Positions 30,943-40,712 of a DNA stretch of 64,000 bases are shown piece by piece. The stretch comes from a virus. Taxonomy: Duplodnaviria > Caudoviricetes. Both the position numbers and the translations under genes were made by a program. Location: IMG/VR virus record IMGVR_UViG_3300013936_000014. One strand, written 5' to 3'. The notes beneath the pieces are model-generated. The model was not told where the DNA came from, ran no database searches, and worked only from the letters and a program-made list of their open reading frames with translations. Numbering within the stretch: position 1 is the first letter of the stretch; each line of letters opens with the position of its first letter.

Positions 30943-32145
30943 TCACTCCAGCCCTCTCATCGTCATCTTGAAAGACGAGGAGATTTCCGCGCCGGTTGGC
31001 GATTCGTCGGCTGGCACGAAGCATCTCACGGTTATGTCGCCGTTAGGATACAGTTTCTTTCTTCTCAAAGAGAAGCCCACACTGTCCTTCTTGAGCTCGA
31101 AATACGGGTTGTTGTATTGGTCGAATTCTCTCGACTCTGGCCAATTCTCAAGGGCGCACTCGACTTTGAATGCCGAATTCTCCCATTCGCCGTCGTAGGA
31201 ATCCTTCAACACCGGAACGAATTCGACCGTCTCCGATCCAAGGTTCGCCGGTATGTAACCAGGCTCTTTGTATTCGATCCTGAATTCCCTGTCATGCGCG
31301 TCGTCGACGTCGATCTTCACTTTCGGCTCTTCCTCATACGCGATGCGGTTGACGAAGTCGTCGTAATGCGATTTCTCCGTGATCTCCATGTATATCCTCA
31401 TCAGCCCCACATCCATCGGATTGTTGGTGCTGTTCGAATAGAATTTGTTTATGGCTTTCACCCTATACACCTCATCGTATCCGACGATGAAGCGCTGATT
31501 GAGCTTATACGCCATGGTGTATCTGTTGTGTTGGCAGATGACGGTCAGCCCCGATTGGGGCGATATCGCCACCTCGTTGTACGAAAGGTTGGTCGAGGAA
31601 AGGTCTTTTCCAAGTATGGCGGGCTCATAATGGTAATGGGAAACCCCCTGCGCGTCCTCATAGACGCTGCCCAAGGTGCCATTGCATCTCTGCGCCACCA
31701 CGCTTGACGTCACTTTGACGTCATCCCTGTTCGTCACCAGCCAAACGTTCTTCGATGTTTGTTCCGCGAAAAGGTCGTAATTGGGGGCGAATCTGAATTT
31801 GCCTCCTATCCTGAACCTGTCCTCACGGATGTTTTTGAATACGAATCTTCTGCAGTCCTCTGAGATATCGGACCCTTTGTCGGTCTTCACCTGCTGGACC
31901 ACGACCTCTATCGGCTTCCATTCCAGATCGGGATAGCCTTCGGTTTTCCAGTAATCGCCGGAATTCCATCCATCCTCATATTCGATGGTGACCGCGTTGG
32001 GCCTATAGCCCCATTCGGCTTCCACCTTCTGCTGAAGCGTCCTCAGATAGAAATTGTCCTTATCGTAATTCATCGGGGTTTGCGACAGCGACCCGTAAGC
32101 GCTATTGATGGGCATTTTGCCTATGTCTATCACTTTATTTGCCAT
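30943..32145 (-). CDS. Putative head closure/connector protein
   Basis: WLV...RCN...L pattern; position. Confidence 0.5.
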   Translation of the reverse strand: MANKVIDIGKMPINSAYGSLSQTPMNYDKDNFYLRTLQQKVEAEWGYRPNAVTIEYEDGWNSGDYWKTEGYPDLEWKPIEVVVQQVKTDKGSDISEDCRRFVFKNIREDRFRIGGKFRFAPNYDLFAEQTSKNVWLVTNRDDVKVTSSVVAQRCNGTLGSVYEDAQGVSHYHYEPAILGKDLSSTNLSYNEVAISPQSGLTVICQHNRYTMAYKLNQRFIVGYDEVYRVKAINKFYSNSTNNPMDVGLMRIYMEITEKSHYDDFVNRIAYEEEPKVKIDVDDAHDREFRIEYKEPGYIPANLGSETVEFVPVLKDSYDGEWENSAFKVECALENWPESREFDQYNNPYFELKKDSVGFSLRRKKLYPNGDITVRCFVPADESPTGAEISSSFKMTMRGLE

Positions 32146-32170
32146 CGTCAACCTCCGTTTGTCTCACTCC

Positions 32171-32557
32171 CTATTTGCCTTCCTTGTGGAAAGCGCCGCG
32201 GGCGGCGGCTTGTCTGAGGGAAGCGTTTATGAGACCGTCCACTATCCCCCTACATTCCATGATCTGGCGCTTGATCTGCGCATGGGTCATGGTTTTGTAT
32301 TTCTCCTCATCGTACAATCCGTGGACTTTCACCAAAACCTTGGTGAGTTTCTCGTCGCACAGCACGTTGGAGGAAGCAAGCTCGTAGACGAATCCGTAGA
32401 ACCACAGGGAGATATCCTGCTCTCCTCTGGACTCCGCCTCGATCATATACAACAATTTTATCAATTGGGATCTGAGATCCCTGAAGCACTGGACCTCGCC
32501 TTCTGGGGTCAGCCTTATGGCTTCTCTCTCTTCTTTGAGTTCTTCGTTATTTGCCAA
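32171..32557 (-). CDS. Hypothetical phage protein
   Basis: ORF in the connector cluster. Confidence 0.6.
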   Translation of the reverse strand: MANNEELKEEREAIRLTPEGEVQCFRDLRSQLIKLLYMIEAESRGEQDISLWFYGFVYELASSNVLCDEKLTKVLVKVHGLYDEEKYKTMTHAQIKRQIMECRGIVDGLINASLRQAAARGAFHKEGK

Positions 32558-33239
32558 AGCGGTACCCTCCTGTGGGCGTTGAGCCGATTCTCCAAGTAAG
32601 CTCAGAGATCAGCGTGTCCATGTCATGATTGATTTGGTTATGCCATTCAACTTTCGCCTTTGCCGAATTTGCCGGGCTGTAGAAACTCAGATCGGAATCC
32701 GAAAATATGTTTCTCATCTCTATCGCGCGGTTCATTTCCACGTCCCCCCATGCGGAAAGGACGCCGTAAGCCAGGATGTTCTTGACCTTCTCCAACATCG
32801 CTCTTATGTTGAAGTCGCCTCTGAATACCCCCTTGAAGTCCGCTTCGAATGCGCCGGCATAGTACCATGTCACGGTCAGTTTCTCCGTCTCCAGAACGGG
32901 CCTTTCGATCTTTACCGTATTGGTCTCAGGATCGTATTCGCCTCTCACTGGCTTGCCGCAGATGCGGTAGCTTATGGCGGAATTGTCAACCGGATGCGAT
33001 ACCAAAGCGTAAGTATCCACGTCTTCGCCATCAATGATCTCGACTTTGCCGACCGGGTCTGAATAGACCGTCAGCTTATCCGTGATCTCCGTCGGGCTCG
33101 TCCATTTGTGGAGCCCGTTTATGAGAAAAGGCCTCATCTCCTGCTGAAAGCCAGCGGGATCGAGGACATAATCTCTTCTGATATCGGGGTCGTCAAAAAG
33201 ATTGACTGCCCTATCGAATATCTCGCTGAATAGGATCAT
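32547..33239 (-). CDS. Putative head-tail adaptor
   Basis: FSEIFD N-terminus, FSDSDLSFYSPAN motif; position. Confidence 0.5.
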   Translation of the reverse strand: MILFSEIFDRAVNLFDDPDIRRDYVLDPAGFQQEMRPFLINGLHKWTSPTEITDKLTVYSDPVGKVEIIDGEDVDTYALVSHPVDNSAISYRICGKPVRGEYDPETNTVKIERPVLETEKLTVTWYYAGAFEADFKGVFRGDFNIRAMLEKVKNILAYGVLSAWGDVEMNRAIEMRNIFSDSDLSFYSPANSAKAKVEWHNQINHDMDTLISELTWRIGSTPTGGYRFGK

Positions 33240-33276
33240 TTTCTGACGCCTCCTTTGATTCAAACAAAAAATCCCT

Positions 33277-33969
33277 TTACGCCAAATCTATCGGGCGCAG
33301 CTTCAGGTCCATGCCGCTGGCTTCGATGGCCTCTCTGGAGAAGCCGTTGCTCGTGAGCCTGTTGAGCATGTCTATCTTGCTGCGATCGTTATATCCAGCC
33401 GCGCCTTCTATAAATTTCTGCTTATAGAAGAGAACGAGGCTCTCTTTCTGGCTGTCCATGGTAAGGGAATCCCATAAGGACTCGACCTCGGATGCCGTCA
33501 TGCGCCCAAGCTTGTTCAGGGTGTCCGCTCCAAGCTTAAGCTGACTGAAGGTGTAGACGCCTTTTTCCGCGGCGACTTTAGCATCTTTGTCTGCCAAAGC
33601 CAGAATCCCTTGGTCGAACCACGAGCGGTATTTGCCGACGAGGGCGTCCAATTGGGATCTGCTGAGAGAGAAAGTCTCTCCGTACTTAGTGCAATGCAGG
33701 CTCAGCCCCGAGCCTTCCACGAATAGATAGCCTGGGCTGGCGGAAGCATAGACCAAAGTGACGTCTGCGGACGAGGCGGCGTAAGCTGTTTGGGCCGCTG
33801 TAGACGTCTGGGCCTTCAGCAGCTGAGCCTGCATCTCCTGCAGCATCTGCATCATCTTCGCGTTCATGTCCTGCGAAGCCTTCAATTGAGCCGCAAGGGA
33901 TTCCTTCTCGGAATCTGCGGCGGCGACCGGCGCTTTTGGGGCGACGGTTGTTTTCTTTGTTTCTGACAT
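33277..33969 (-). CDS. Hypothetical phage protein downstream of capsid
   Basis: ORF with SD AAAGGAG. Confidence 0.6.
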   Translation of the reverse strand: MSETKKTTVAPKAPVAAADSEKESLAAQLKASQDMNAKMMQMLQEMQAQLLKAQTSTAAQTAYAASSADVTLVYASASPGYLFVEGSGLSLHCTKYGETFSLSRSQLDALVGKYRSWFDQGILALADKDAKVAAEKGVYTFSQLKLGADTLNKLGRMTASEVESLWDSLTMDSQKESLVLFYKQKFIEGAAGYNDRSKIDMLNRLTSNGFSREAIEASGMDLKLRPIDLA

Positions 33970-34004
33970 ATTGATTTATATCTCCTTTTACCTCAAGGGC
34001 GGAT

Positions 34005-35765
34005 TCATTTCACCGAATACACCCATACTTTGTTTCCCGAGTCAAAAATACGCTTATATCCTTGCTCATGCATTATTTTATCTTCGTCTTTCATCTGACA
34101 CGAATATCTGGATCTCACTTCACCCCTCCTCTTCCACCAAACGTAATTCGGCTTCGAGATATGGTCCAGAGTGAAACCCAGCTTTTCATACAGATCACCT
34201 CTCATTTTAGAGATGTCGCTGTAAGAAATGATCTTCTGACCAGAGACGGCGTTTTTCTTTAGGAAATAGGAAAACAATTTGCTGGCCCCTCCCAAAACGC
34301 GCACGTTCCGGAGAGAGCAGTATCTCGATATCTCCCAATCGCCGGCTTTCGAGAATCTAGGTTTGCAAAAACTCATGAGAGCCACGAGTTGGCTACCGTC
34401 ATAGAGCCCATAGCAGACAGAGCAACGGTCGTTGCCTTGGAGGTGATTGGCATCCAAAAATGCTTTTTTGTCCTTTTTAACAATCTCCTTGACAGCGGTG
34501 TCTCTCGCATAAATGCGACGAGCGCCGTCATCTGAGAGGAGCTCTCGGATAATGCTAAGCATTTTTTCCTTTTTTGTCGGATTCTCCCATTCATATTCGA
34601 AAATATTGAAAATGAAAACCCCTTTTTGCAGCGCCAACAAAGATTTTCTCTGATGATACAGGAGATCTTTTCTGGCCTCGCTGTGCCAATAGCTTCTGTT
34701 GAACTCGATACCAATCTGCCTGGCTGGAACGTAGAAATCTATTTCTTTTCCAGAAAGGACCGACCTGTCGTGCTCGACGAAATCGACATTCATCCCTACC
34801 AAAAACGATTTTATTTCCTTCTCCGGCAAAAAATCGCGGTATCCTATCAAATCCTGCATGCCCCAAGCGTTGATTTTGTGGCCAACAGCTGTTTCGCTGC
34901 AACCAAGGTCCGCCGCAATCTCTACTATGGTCGGTTTTTCACCACCATATTGAGAAGAAATAAAATCACGAAGGTTTTCTTTTGTTGATAAGACCGATAC
35001 GGCCCCTTGCGTCGCATGAATCTGACCCACATGCTCAACCCCATACTTCTCATGCATGCCTTCCTTGAATTTTTTGCGGAATTCCTCATTTTGCATAGGG
35101 CTTTTGGCGCCGTATTTTGCCAAATTGGCATCTTTTATTTTCTTCTTTATCTCCTCAGAGGCAAAGACATTATCAACGCCATATTTACTACGCACAGTAG
35201 CAATGGCTTTGTTTTGAACCTCTTCGCTTTTGAGGCAGCAGTCAACGCCATATTTTTGCAAGCAGGTGTTTTTTCTGCACTCTGAGATTTCCTCTGCGGT
35301 TTTTTTCACCCCGAATCTCTTCAAAAGCTTTTGGGCGGTGCTTTGGTTCATGCCGAATTTCTCCGCGCATTCCGCAAGGCTGTGTTTCCGCAGGCAATAG
35401 TAGTCATAGAATTCCTCTTTCGTAGGCGTTTTGTAATGCTTTGAAAGCGAATCTTTGATCTTCGATACCACATCGGCCCTCTTGGAGACGTTATCTACCC
35501 CGTATTTGCCGAAGCAGGTCTCTTTTCTTCTTTCCAGGGCCTTTGCGTTGAGCTTTTCCCTGGAACCGTATTTCTCCTCTATGGATTTGCTGATGGACTG
35601 TTTGAGCAAAGCTGCGTCTTTTTTGATGCCATAATGGGAAAGCCAATGACTTATGGTCGAAACCGACACGTGATAATGGGAGGCCAATTCGTCCTTCCTG
35701 AGATTTTCCAGTATGTATTTGGAGCGAAGCTCCTCTTTGTCTGGCATGTCGATTTTTTTGCCCAT
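34005..35765 (-). CDS. Free-standing Hef-like homing endonuclease, paralogue 2
   Basis: KYGVDN repeats; EIDFYVPARQIGIEFNRSYWHS; IYAR...HLQG. Own promoter TTGCAA-17-TATGAT. Confidence 0.8.
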   Translation of the reverse strand: MGKKIDMPDKEELRSKYILENLRKDELASHYHVSVSTISHWLSHYGIKKDAALLKQSISKSIEEKYGSREKLNAKALERRKETCFGKYGVDNVSKRADVVSKIKDSLSKHYKTPTKEEFYDYYCLRKHSLAECAEKFGMNQSTAQKLLKRFGVKKTAEEISECRKNTCLQKYGVDCCLKSEEVQNKAIATVRSKYGVDNVFASEEIKKKIKDANLAKYGAKSPMQNEEFRKKFKEGMHEKYGVEHVGQIHATQGAVSVLSTKENLRDFISSQYGGEKPTIVEIAADLGCSETAVGHKINAWGMQDLIGYRDFLPEKEIKSFLVGMNVDFVEHDRSVLSGKEIDFYVPARQIGIEFNRSYWHSEARKDLLYHQRKSLLALQKGVFIFNIFEYEWENPTKKEKMLSIIRELLSDDGARRIYARDTAVKEIVKKDKKAFLDANHLQGNDRCSVCYGLYDGSQLVALMSFCKPRFSKAGDWEISRYCSLRNVRVLGGASKLFSYFLKKNAVSGQKIISYSDISKMRGDLYEKLGFTLDHISKPNYVWWKRRGEVRSRYSCQMKDEDKIMHEQGYKRIFDSGNKVWVYSVK

Positions 35766-35860
35766 AGAGTCTCCTTTCCGCAACAAAGCGATATGGTTGT
35801 GGGTCAGCTTTTGCCAACCCACAACCTATCATAATGCAAAATTACTTCGATTGCAAGCTA

Positions 35861-36949
35861 TTAAGCGAGCTTGATGGTTCCATATTTTGAACCAGTGATG
35901 GTAGAGACGCCATAACGCATCTCAACAGACAATCCAAGACGGCTGTCAGAGCACATTTCAGGAACGAAATTCACAGAGACCTCATTGCCTTCGAAGACGA
36001 TCTTGACAGGTTTATCACCAGCGGCAGGGATCATATACATGACCTTGTTGTCAAGAGCGAGCTTGGCAGTGGTGTTGGTGGTTCCAGGAACCAAAACGTT
36101 GTCAACCGCGATGATTGGGGTGCCGAGATATTGATCGAGGTAACCGACTTTGTTCATCTCTTCGCCGACTTGGACTTGGTAGTTGCCTTGCAGGGAAAGA
36201 GCGCTCAAAGCGACCGGGGTGCCAATGACAATGACGTTCATTCCGCCATTGGCAGCAGAGACTTTGGCCTTAAGATCTCCGAAGAGTTCCGGGGTAACGC
36301 CATTGATGGTGTAGGCAGAACCGAATTCGGTGGTGGCAGCGGTCATTCCTTTAATGGCTTTGATGAAGATGTGGGCCATGAAGGAACGAGCGATGCGAAC
36401 GCCCCAAGAGCCGATGTTGAAAACACCGGAGGCCAATGGATACCAGTCAATGTGGGTATCGATGGTGTGATTGGTGGCATTGACAGTGATTTCGTTGTCG
36501 AACAGAGGTTGATCGACGCCTTTGCGGACGCCTTCGCCTTTGCTGTTGACGCGGAATAGGTCATTGCTCTCAATGACGAATCTCGCAGTTTCGCCGTAAC
36601 CAACTTGATGAACTTCAGCAATGAATCTTGCGAAAGCATCATTAACGACTTCTGGGACAATGGCAGAGACGATTTGAGCCAAAACGACATCAAAGTTCTC
36701 GCGGACGTTGGTGCTGTTCTTGACCTGGGAATGATTGAAGACTTTCAGGCCTTCGTTTTCATACATGGCTTCGAATTTGGTGCCTTCGACAGCGAATTTG
36801 GCCATTCCTTCAAGGACAGCTTTGTTCTTTTCGTCATAATCAGCAGGTTTCTTGCCATCGTAGTAGTCTCTCGCTAATTCAAGAGCGGAGTCAACGATAG
36901 CGTTTTGATTCTCGTTGCTGGAACGAGTGTAGTTGAACATCTTTAACAT
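35861..36949 (-). CDS. Major capsid protein
   Basis: 362 aa, follows the protease/scaffold and decoration genes; VIVIGTPVAL and YLDQYLGTPI motifs; strongly biased codon usage. Confidence 0.8.
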   Translation of the reverse strand: MLKMFNYTRSSNENQNAIVDSALELARDYYDGKKPADYDEKNKAVLEGMAKFAVEGTKFEAMYENEGLKVFNHSQVKNSTNVRENFDVVLAQIVSAIVPEVVNDAFARFIAEVHQVGYGETARFVIESNDLFRVNSKGEGVRKGVDQPLFDNEITVNATNHTIDTHIDWYPLASGVFNIGSWGVRIARSFMAHIFIKAIKGMTAATTEFGSAYTINGVTPELFGDLKAKVSAANGGMNVIVIGTPVALSALSLQGNYQVQVGEEMNKVGYLDQYLGTPIIAVDNVLVPGTTNTTAKLALDNKVMYMIPAAGDKPVKIVFEGNEVSVNFVPEMCSDSRLGLSVEMRYGVSTITGSKYGTIKLA

Positions 36950-36968
36950 ATTCTCGTTTCCTCCTCAA

Positions 36969-37496
36969 TTATAGGCTGACAACTTCGCAAAGGAAGATGT
37001 TGCCATTGGCTTTCATACCGACGGTCATGCCTTTTTCGGCAATGATCTTGACGGCATAGCCGGAAGCCGGCTTCTCGTCAGCGACTTTGTGCGTATACTT
37101 GCCAGCTTCGGCAGTGGCGAATTTGCCAACGGTCGGAGCGGCGTCGAAATTGTCTTCGGCAAGCCAGAACTTGTCGTGAAGGGCCAAACGGCGGACGCGG
37201 AAGACCTCGCCGGCAGGGATCATCAAATCGTGCAATTTGACTCCCAATTTGTATTCGTTGCCAGCAATAGCGCCTTCGGAAATACCGGCATAATCGGCGA
37301 TGACGACTTCTTCGCCATCAGCAGGCTTTTCGGCCTTGTAAGTATCATATTCGGCATCCCCGTAGACGTCGTCGGTGACAAGATCACCCAATTTGACGAG
37401 GGAGCCATCTTTGATAGCCTCGGCAGCTTTGGCATTAGCAAGCATGCTATCCAAAACATTAGAGGCCATTTTTCCAGAATAAACCATGTTTTTCAA
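36969..37496 (-). CDS. Putative capsid decoration/cement protein
   Basis: 175 aa between scaffold and MCP; highly expressed codon style. Confidence 0.6.
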   Translation of the reverse strand: MKNMVYSGKMASNVLDSMLANAKAAEAIKDGSLVKLGDLVTDDVYGDAEYDTYKAEKPADGEEVVIADYAGISEGAIAGNEYKLGVKLHDLMIPAGEVFRVRRLALHDKFWLAEDNFDAAPTVGKFATAEAGKYTHKVADEKPASGYAVKIIAEKGMTVGMKANGNIFLCEVVSL

Positions 37497-37530
37497 TCTC
37501 CTTTATATTCATCAATATATGAGAACAACG

Positions 37531-39249
37531 TTATTTTTCGCCTTTGCTATAAGCTTTGAGCGTGTCCCATGAGGACTTCTTCCTGGAAGACTTTTCGGCT
37601 TGGTCTCCGGAAAACACCTCAGGGTTGCTTATAGGCAACGATATATCGTTGTTTCCATCTTTGTTGCGATTGCTGTCGAACACAGCAACGGCGATATCGG
37701 TTTTCAAAGTATCGATATCATGATACTTGCCATCCTCGCATTCTTTGCAGAATTTCTCTTGAATGGACTTGTCGCATCCGGAAGAAGCGACGAAGGAAAT
37801 CGCTTTGGAAACGAATTCCTTGCGTTCATAATCCGCGATTCTCCTCTTGTCTTCCTCATTTGTCTTTGAGAGTTCCGCGAATTTCTTCTCGGACTCCCCG
37901 CATTCATGTTCGAGTGAAGCACATTTTGCCTCAAGCTCTTCATATTTCTTGCATGATTCCTCGCAATTTTCGTATGAGAGAAGCTTCTCTTCTTCGGAAG
38001 GGTCCATGACTTCGGCGTCCTCCGCGAGGCTGCCGACGGCTTTGGCCAGCAGACCAGTGACCTTTTCCAGGTTCTTCTTCGCTCTTTTGACAACAGCCAC
38101 GACATAGTCGGCATTCTTGATAGAATCCCTATTGTCGCTGTAATAACCTATGCACCCGTCGAAACTGTCTAAGTCATATTTAAGTCCGGACATCAGGCAA
38201 GCCAAATCATAAACCCCGTCGTTTTTGAGGGGTTCGTCTTCAGACTCTGCCTTGATTCCCTCTTCGGGCTCGTCTTCCTCGAGCGATTCGCAGTGATGCT
38301 CTTCCTCTTCAGACTCCTTATGAGGCTCTTCATGCTCGCCCTCATCATGCTCGTCTTCATCATGGCCGTCTTCATCATGGCCGTCTTCATCATGGCCGTC
38401 TTCATCATGATCCGGTTCGGGTTGGGCTTCGTCTTCCTCATTATTCTCTTTTTTCTCTTCCGAGGACTCTTCCGAAGATTCAAAATCTTTCTTTTCCTCT
38501 TCGGGTTTCGTCTCTTCTTCATCCAGCATATCCTTTGCCTCCTCTTTTGACTCGTCCCCCTCAAGTTTGGCATAAGCCATCCTCAATTCGGAGCTTTGTC
38601 TCTCATAGTTGTCCGTGCCGACCATGTCGAGCACCGACAGTTCGGCATCTTCGATGCCAGGCTCGATCTTTTTGCCGTTCCTCGATCCAAGTATCGTTAT
38701 TCCGACAAGCTTGAAGTCGTTTATCTTCATGACGCCGTTCGGCAGATTGTCGTAATCGAGGACGTCTATCTCGACGGAGATGTTCTTCGTCGGGCCTCCT
38801 TGTTTTTGGGCTCTGAGAGCGTCTTTCAGCAATCTCTTCACCTGCTTGAAGGAATATTGCGTCCAAAGGGCGCAGGTAAGCGTTATCCACTTCAACCCGC
38901 CATCTTCCACGATTTTCACCTCATCCTCGGATCTTATCAGCCCAAGGATTCTCTCGCCGTTGGAGCCAAGGGTGTTCCAATAGGACATCCCCGTCTCCCC
39001 ATCTTTCTCCCAAGAGCCGTTATGGCTCTCGAAATCGCCATTGCTGAAGCATCCCAGAATAGGCTTGTTGTAAAATGTCGGCAAAGCCTTTTCCATGGCC
39101 TCCGGAGTGAACCAGGACATATTCCTGTTGGGGTTCGCGTCGCTGATGGCTTTCATGGAAAGCTCAAGGAAATCCTTTTTGAGCAGCTTCTTGATTTTGA
39201 TCTGCCTGGCGTCAACGTCGAACACCATTTTCTTATTGCTGTTTAGCAT
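37531..39249 (-). CDS. Prohead protease fused to acidic scaffold region
   Basis: NRNMS, NKPILG, H, ISVEI and GITILG...PG protease motifs; E/D-rich coiled-coil C-terminal half. Confidence 0.75.
   Translation of the reverse strand: MLNSNKKMVFDVDARQIKIKKLLKKDFLELSMKAISDANPNRNMSWFTPEAMEKALPTFYNKPILGCFSNGDFESHNGSWEKDGETGMSYWNTLGSNGERILGLIRSEDEVKIVEDGGLKWITLTCALWTQYSFKQVKRLLKDALRAQKQGGPTKNISVEIDVLDYDNLPNGVMKINDFKLVGITILGSRNGKKIEPGIEDAELSVLDMVGTDNYERQSSELRMAYAKLEGDESKEEAKDMLDEEETKPEEEKKDFESSEESSEEKKENNEEDEAQPEPDHDEDGHDEDGHDEDGHDEDEHDEGEHEEPHKESEEEEHHCESLEEDEPEEGIKAESEDEPLKNDGVYDLACLMSGLKYDLDSFDGCIGYYSDNRDSIKNADYVVAVVKRAKKNLEKVTGLLAKAVGSLAEDAEVMDPSEEEKLLSYENCEESCKKYEELEAKCASLEHECGESEKKFAELSKTNEEDKRRIADYERKEFVSKAISFVASSGCDKSIQEKFCKECEDGKYHDIDTLKTDIAVAVFDSNRNKDGNNDISLPISNPEVFSGDQAEKSSRKKSSWDTLKAYSKGEK
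38344..38409. repeat. 15-bp tandem repeat encoding HDEDG
   Basis: CATCATGGCCGTCTT x3 plus a degenerate copy. Confidence 0.85.
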
Positions 39250-40171
39250 CGCCGTTGCCTCCTTTCTTGAATTCCTGTCTCATCTCCTCGTCCACGGCGC
39301 TAGCCTTGAAGACTCCGGAAATGCTGTCCGCCGCACGCGTGACAGGCACTTTTCTCGCGTGCCATTCCTTATCGCCCCATTCCGGGTGAAGGTCCATGTA
39401 CTCGGATACCAGGAATCCAAGCATCACCTCGTCGTTCTTGTCATATACCGCCTGCATGATGGCGCTTTTCGCCCCTCTGTCTTTGAAAAACTGATAGGAA
39501 GCGGGATCATCGCGCAATTCTTCGACGTTCTTGATGATCAGACCTTTTCTGCTGGCATCCATTCTGTCAAGCAGAGAAGAGTATATGGCAACCTGGTAAT
39601 CCTTCAACCTGCCTCCGACCGAGGCCAGATTGTCGTCCCACGACTCCCCCATAAGGCTGAATTTATAGAAGTTGATGTTGTTCAGGGAATGCGACCCATT
39701 ATGGAACATACAGAAAAAGGCTCTTTGCGAGCAGGTCTTTTTCATCACCGAATCCAGCGTCTCTTTAATGAACTTCCTGAATTCGACGTTCTTCTTCTCC
39801 TCTTCGGGGGAATATTTCTTTGGGAGGGAACTCTCATTGAGGACCGTCAGCATCTTATTAATGGCGGAGGATTGGGCTTCCATCCATTTCTCCATCATGC
39901 TTTGCTGCGATTCCATCCATTGCTTGTTGCCCTCCTGCTCTTTCATGAACATGTCATGAATCTGTTTGGAAGCGTCGACCGACTTCTGCATCACGGCTTC
40001 CTCCCTTTTGCTGATGTCTTCATTTCTTTTCGTTATTTCCTCATTGTGCGCCTGGAATTGCTTCGATGCAATCCAAAGGCCGACTCCAATGGCAACCAAG
40101 ACAACGCCGCTGATTCCCAGCTCCACCCAATGACTGACGCCCATGTCAGTCAGCATATTCACCATTGCCAT
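39233..40171 (-). CDS. Membrane protein with GAF-like domain (T4 T-holin-like)
   Basis: N-terminal TM segment, coiled coil, MFHNGSH...KFS motif. Confidence 0.5.
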   Translation of the reverse strand: MAMVNMLTDMGVSHWVELGISGVVLVAIGVGLWIASKQFQAHNEEITKRNEDISKREEAVMQKSVDASKQIHDMFMKEQEGNKQWMESQQSMMEKWMEAQSSAINKMLTVLNESSLPKKYSPEEEKKNVEFRKFIKETLDSVMKKTCSQRAFFCMFHNGSHSLNNINFYKFSLMGESWDDNLASVGGRLKDYQVAIYSSLLDRMDASRKGLIIKNVEELRDDPASYQFFKDRGAKSAIMQAVYDKNDEVMLGFLVSEYMDLHPEWGDKEWHARKVPVTRAADSISGVFKASAVDEEMRQEFKKGGNGDAKQQ

Positions 40172-40190
40172 AAGATTGCCCGCCTTCCCG

Positions 40191-40688
40191 TTATTTGAGA
40201 TAATGGGTGTAGTCGGCAATGTGAATGTTGAGTTCGGAATCCCCAAGTGCATCAGTTGCGTCAAGCCATTCAGCGGCTTGTTTTCTCAGAGGAAGAACCC
40301 TGTCAACCAGAAAATTCTCAAGCCATATCCTCACTTCAACGTCATCATTCATATCGGCATCGTCAATAGACAGGATGACATCCTTTCTCAATTCCTCGAA
40401 ATAATCGGACAATTGAGCAAAAACCTCTTTCGCGTTTCCGTATTCGTCTTTGTAATCCGGCGTCCCATATCTCACCGCTCTGCCGCCCAGCTTATCCATG
40501 AAATCGCTGACATCGTCAGCGAGCTCCGGCAACCTGTGTGCGACTGGCGCATGAAGGGCGTCAGCCAGATTGTTCAGATGCAAATGCTGCAGATTATAGC
40601 AAAGATTGTCTATCTTTGCGTTGCCGTTAAATAAAACCTGCAAGACTCTATTGAGCGATTCTTGCGTTTTTTCAGTCATTAACAACAT
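40191..40688 (-). CDS. Ferritin-like protein
   Basis: Four-helix pattern, AHRLPELADDVSDFMDKLGG, acidic ligands. Confidence 0.6.
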   Translation of the reverse strand: MLLMTEKTQESLNRVLQVLFNGNAKIDNLCYNLQHLHLNNLADALHAPVAHRLPELADDVSDFMDKLGGRAVRYGTPDYKDEYGNAKEVFAQLSDYFEELRKDVILSIDDADMNDDVEVRIWLENFLVDRVLPLRKQAAEWLDATDALGDSELNIHIADYTHYLK

Positions 40689-40712
40689 CCTCTTGCCCTC
40701 CTTATGTTTTTT

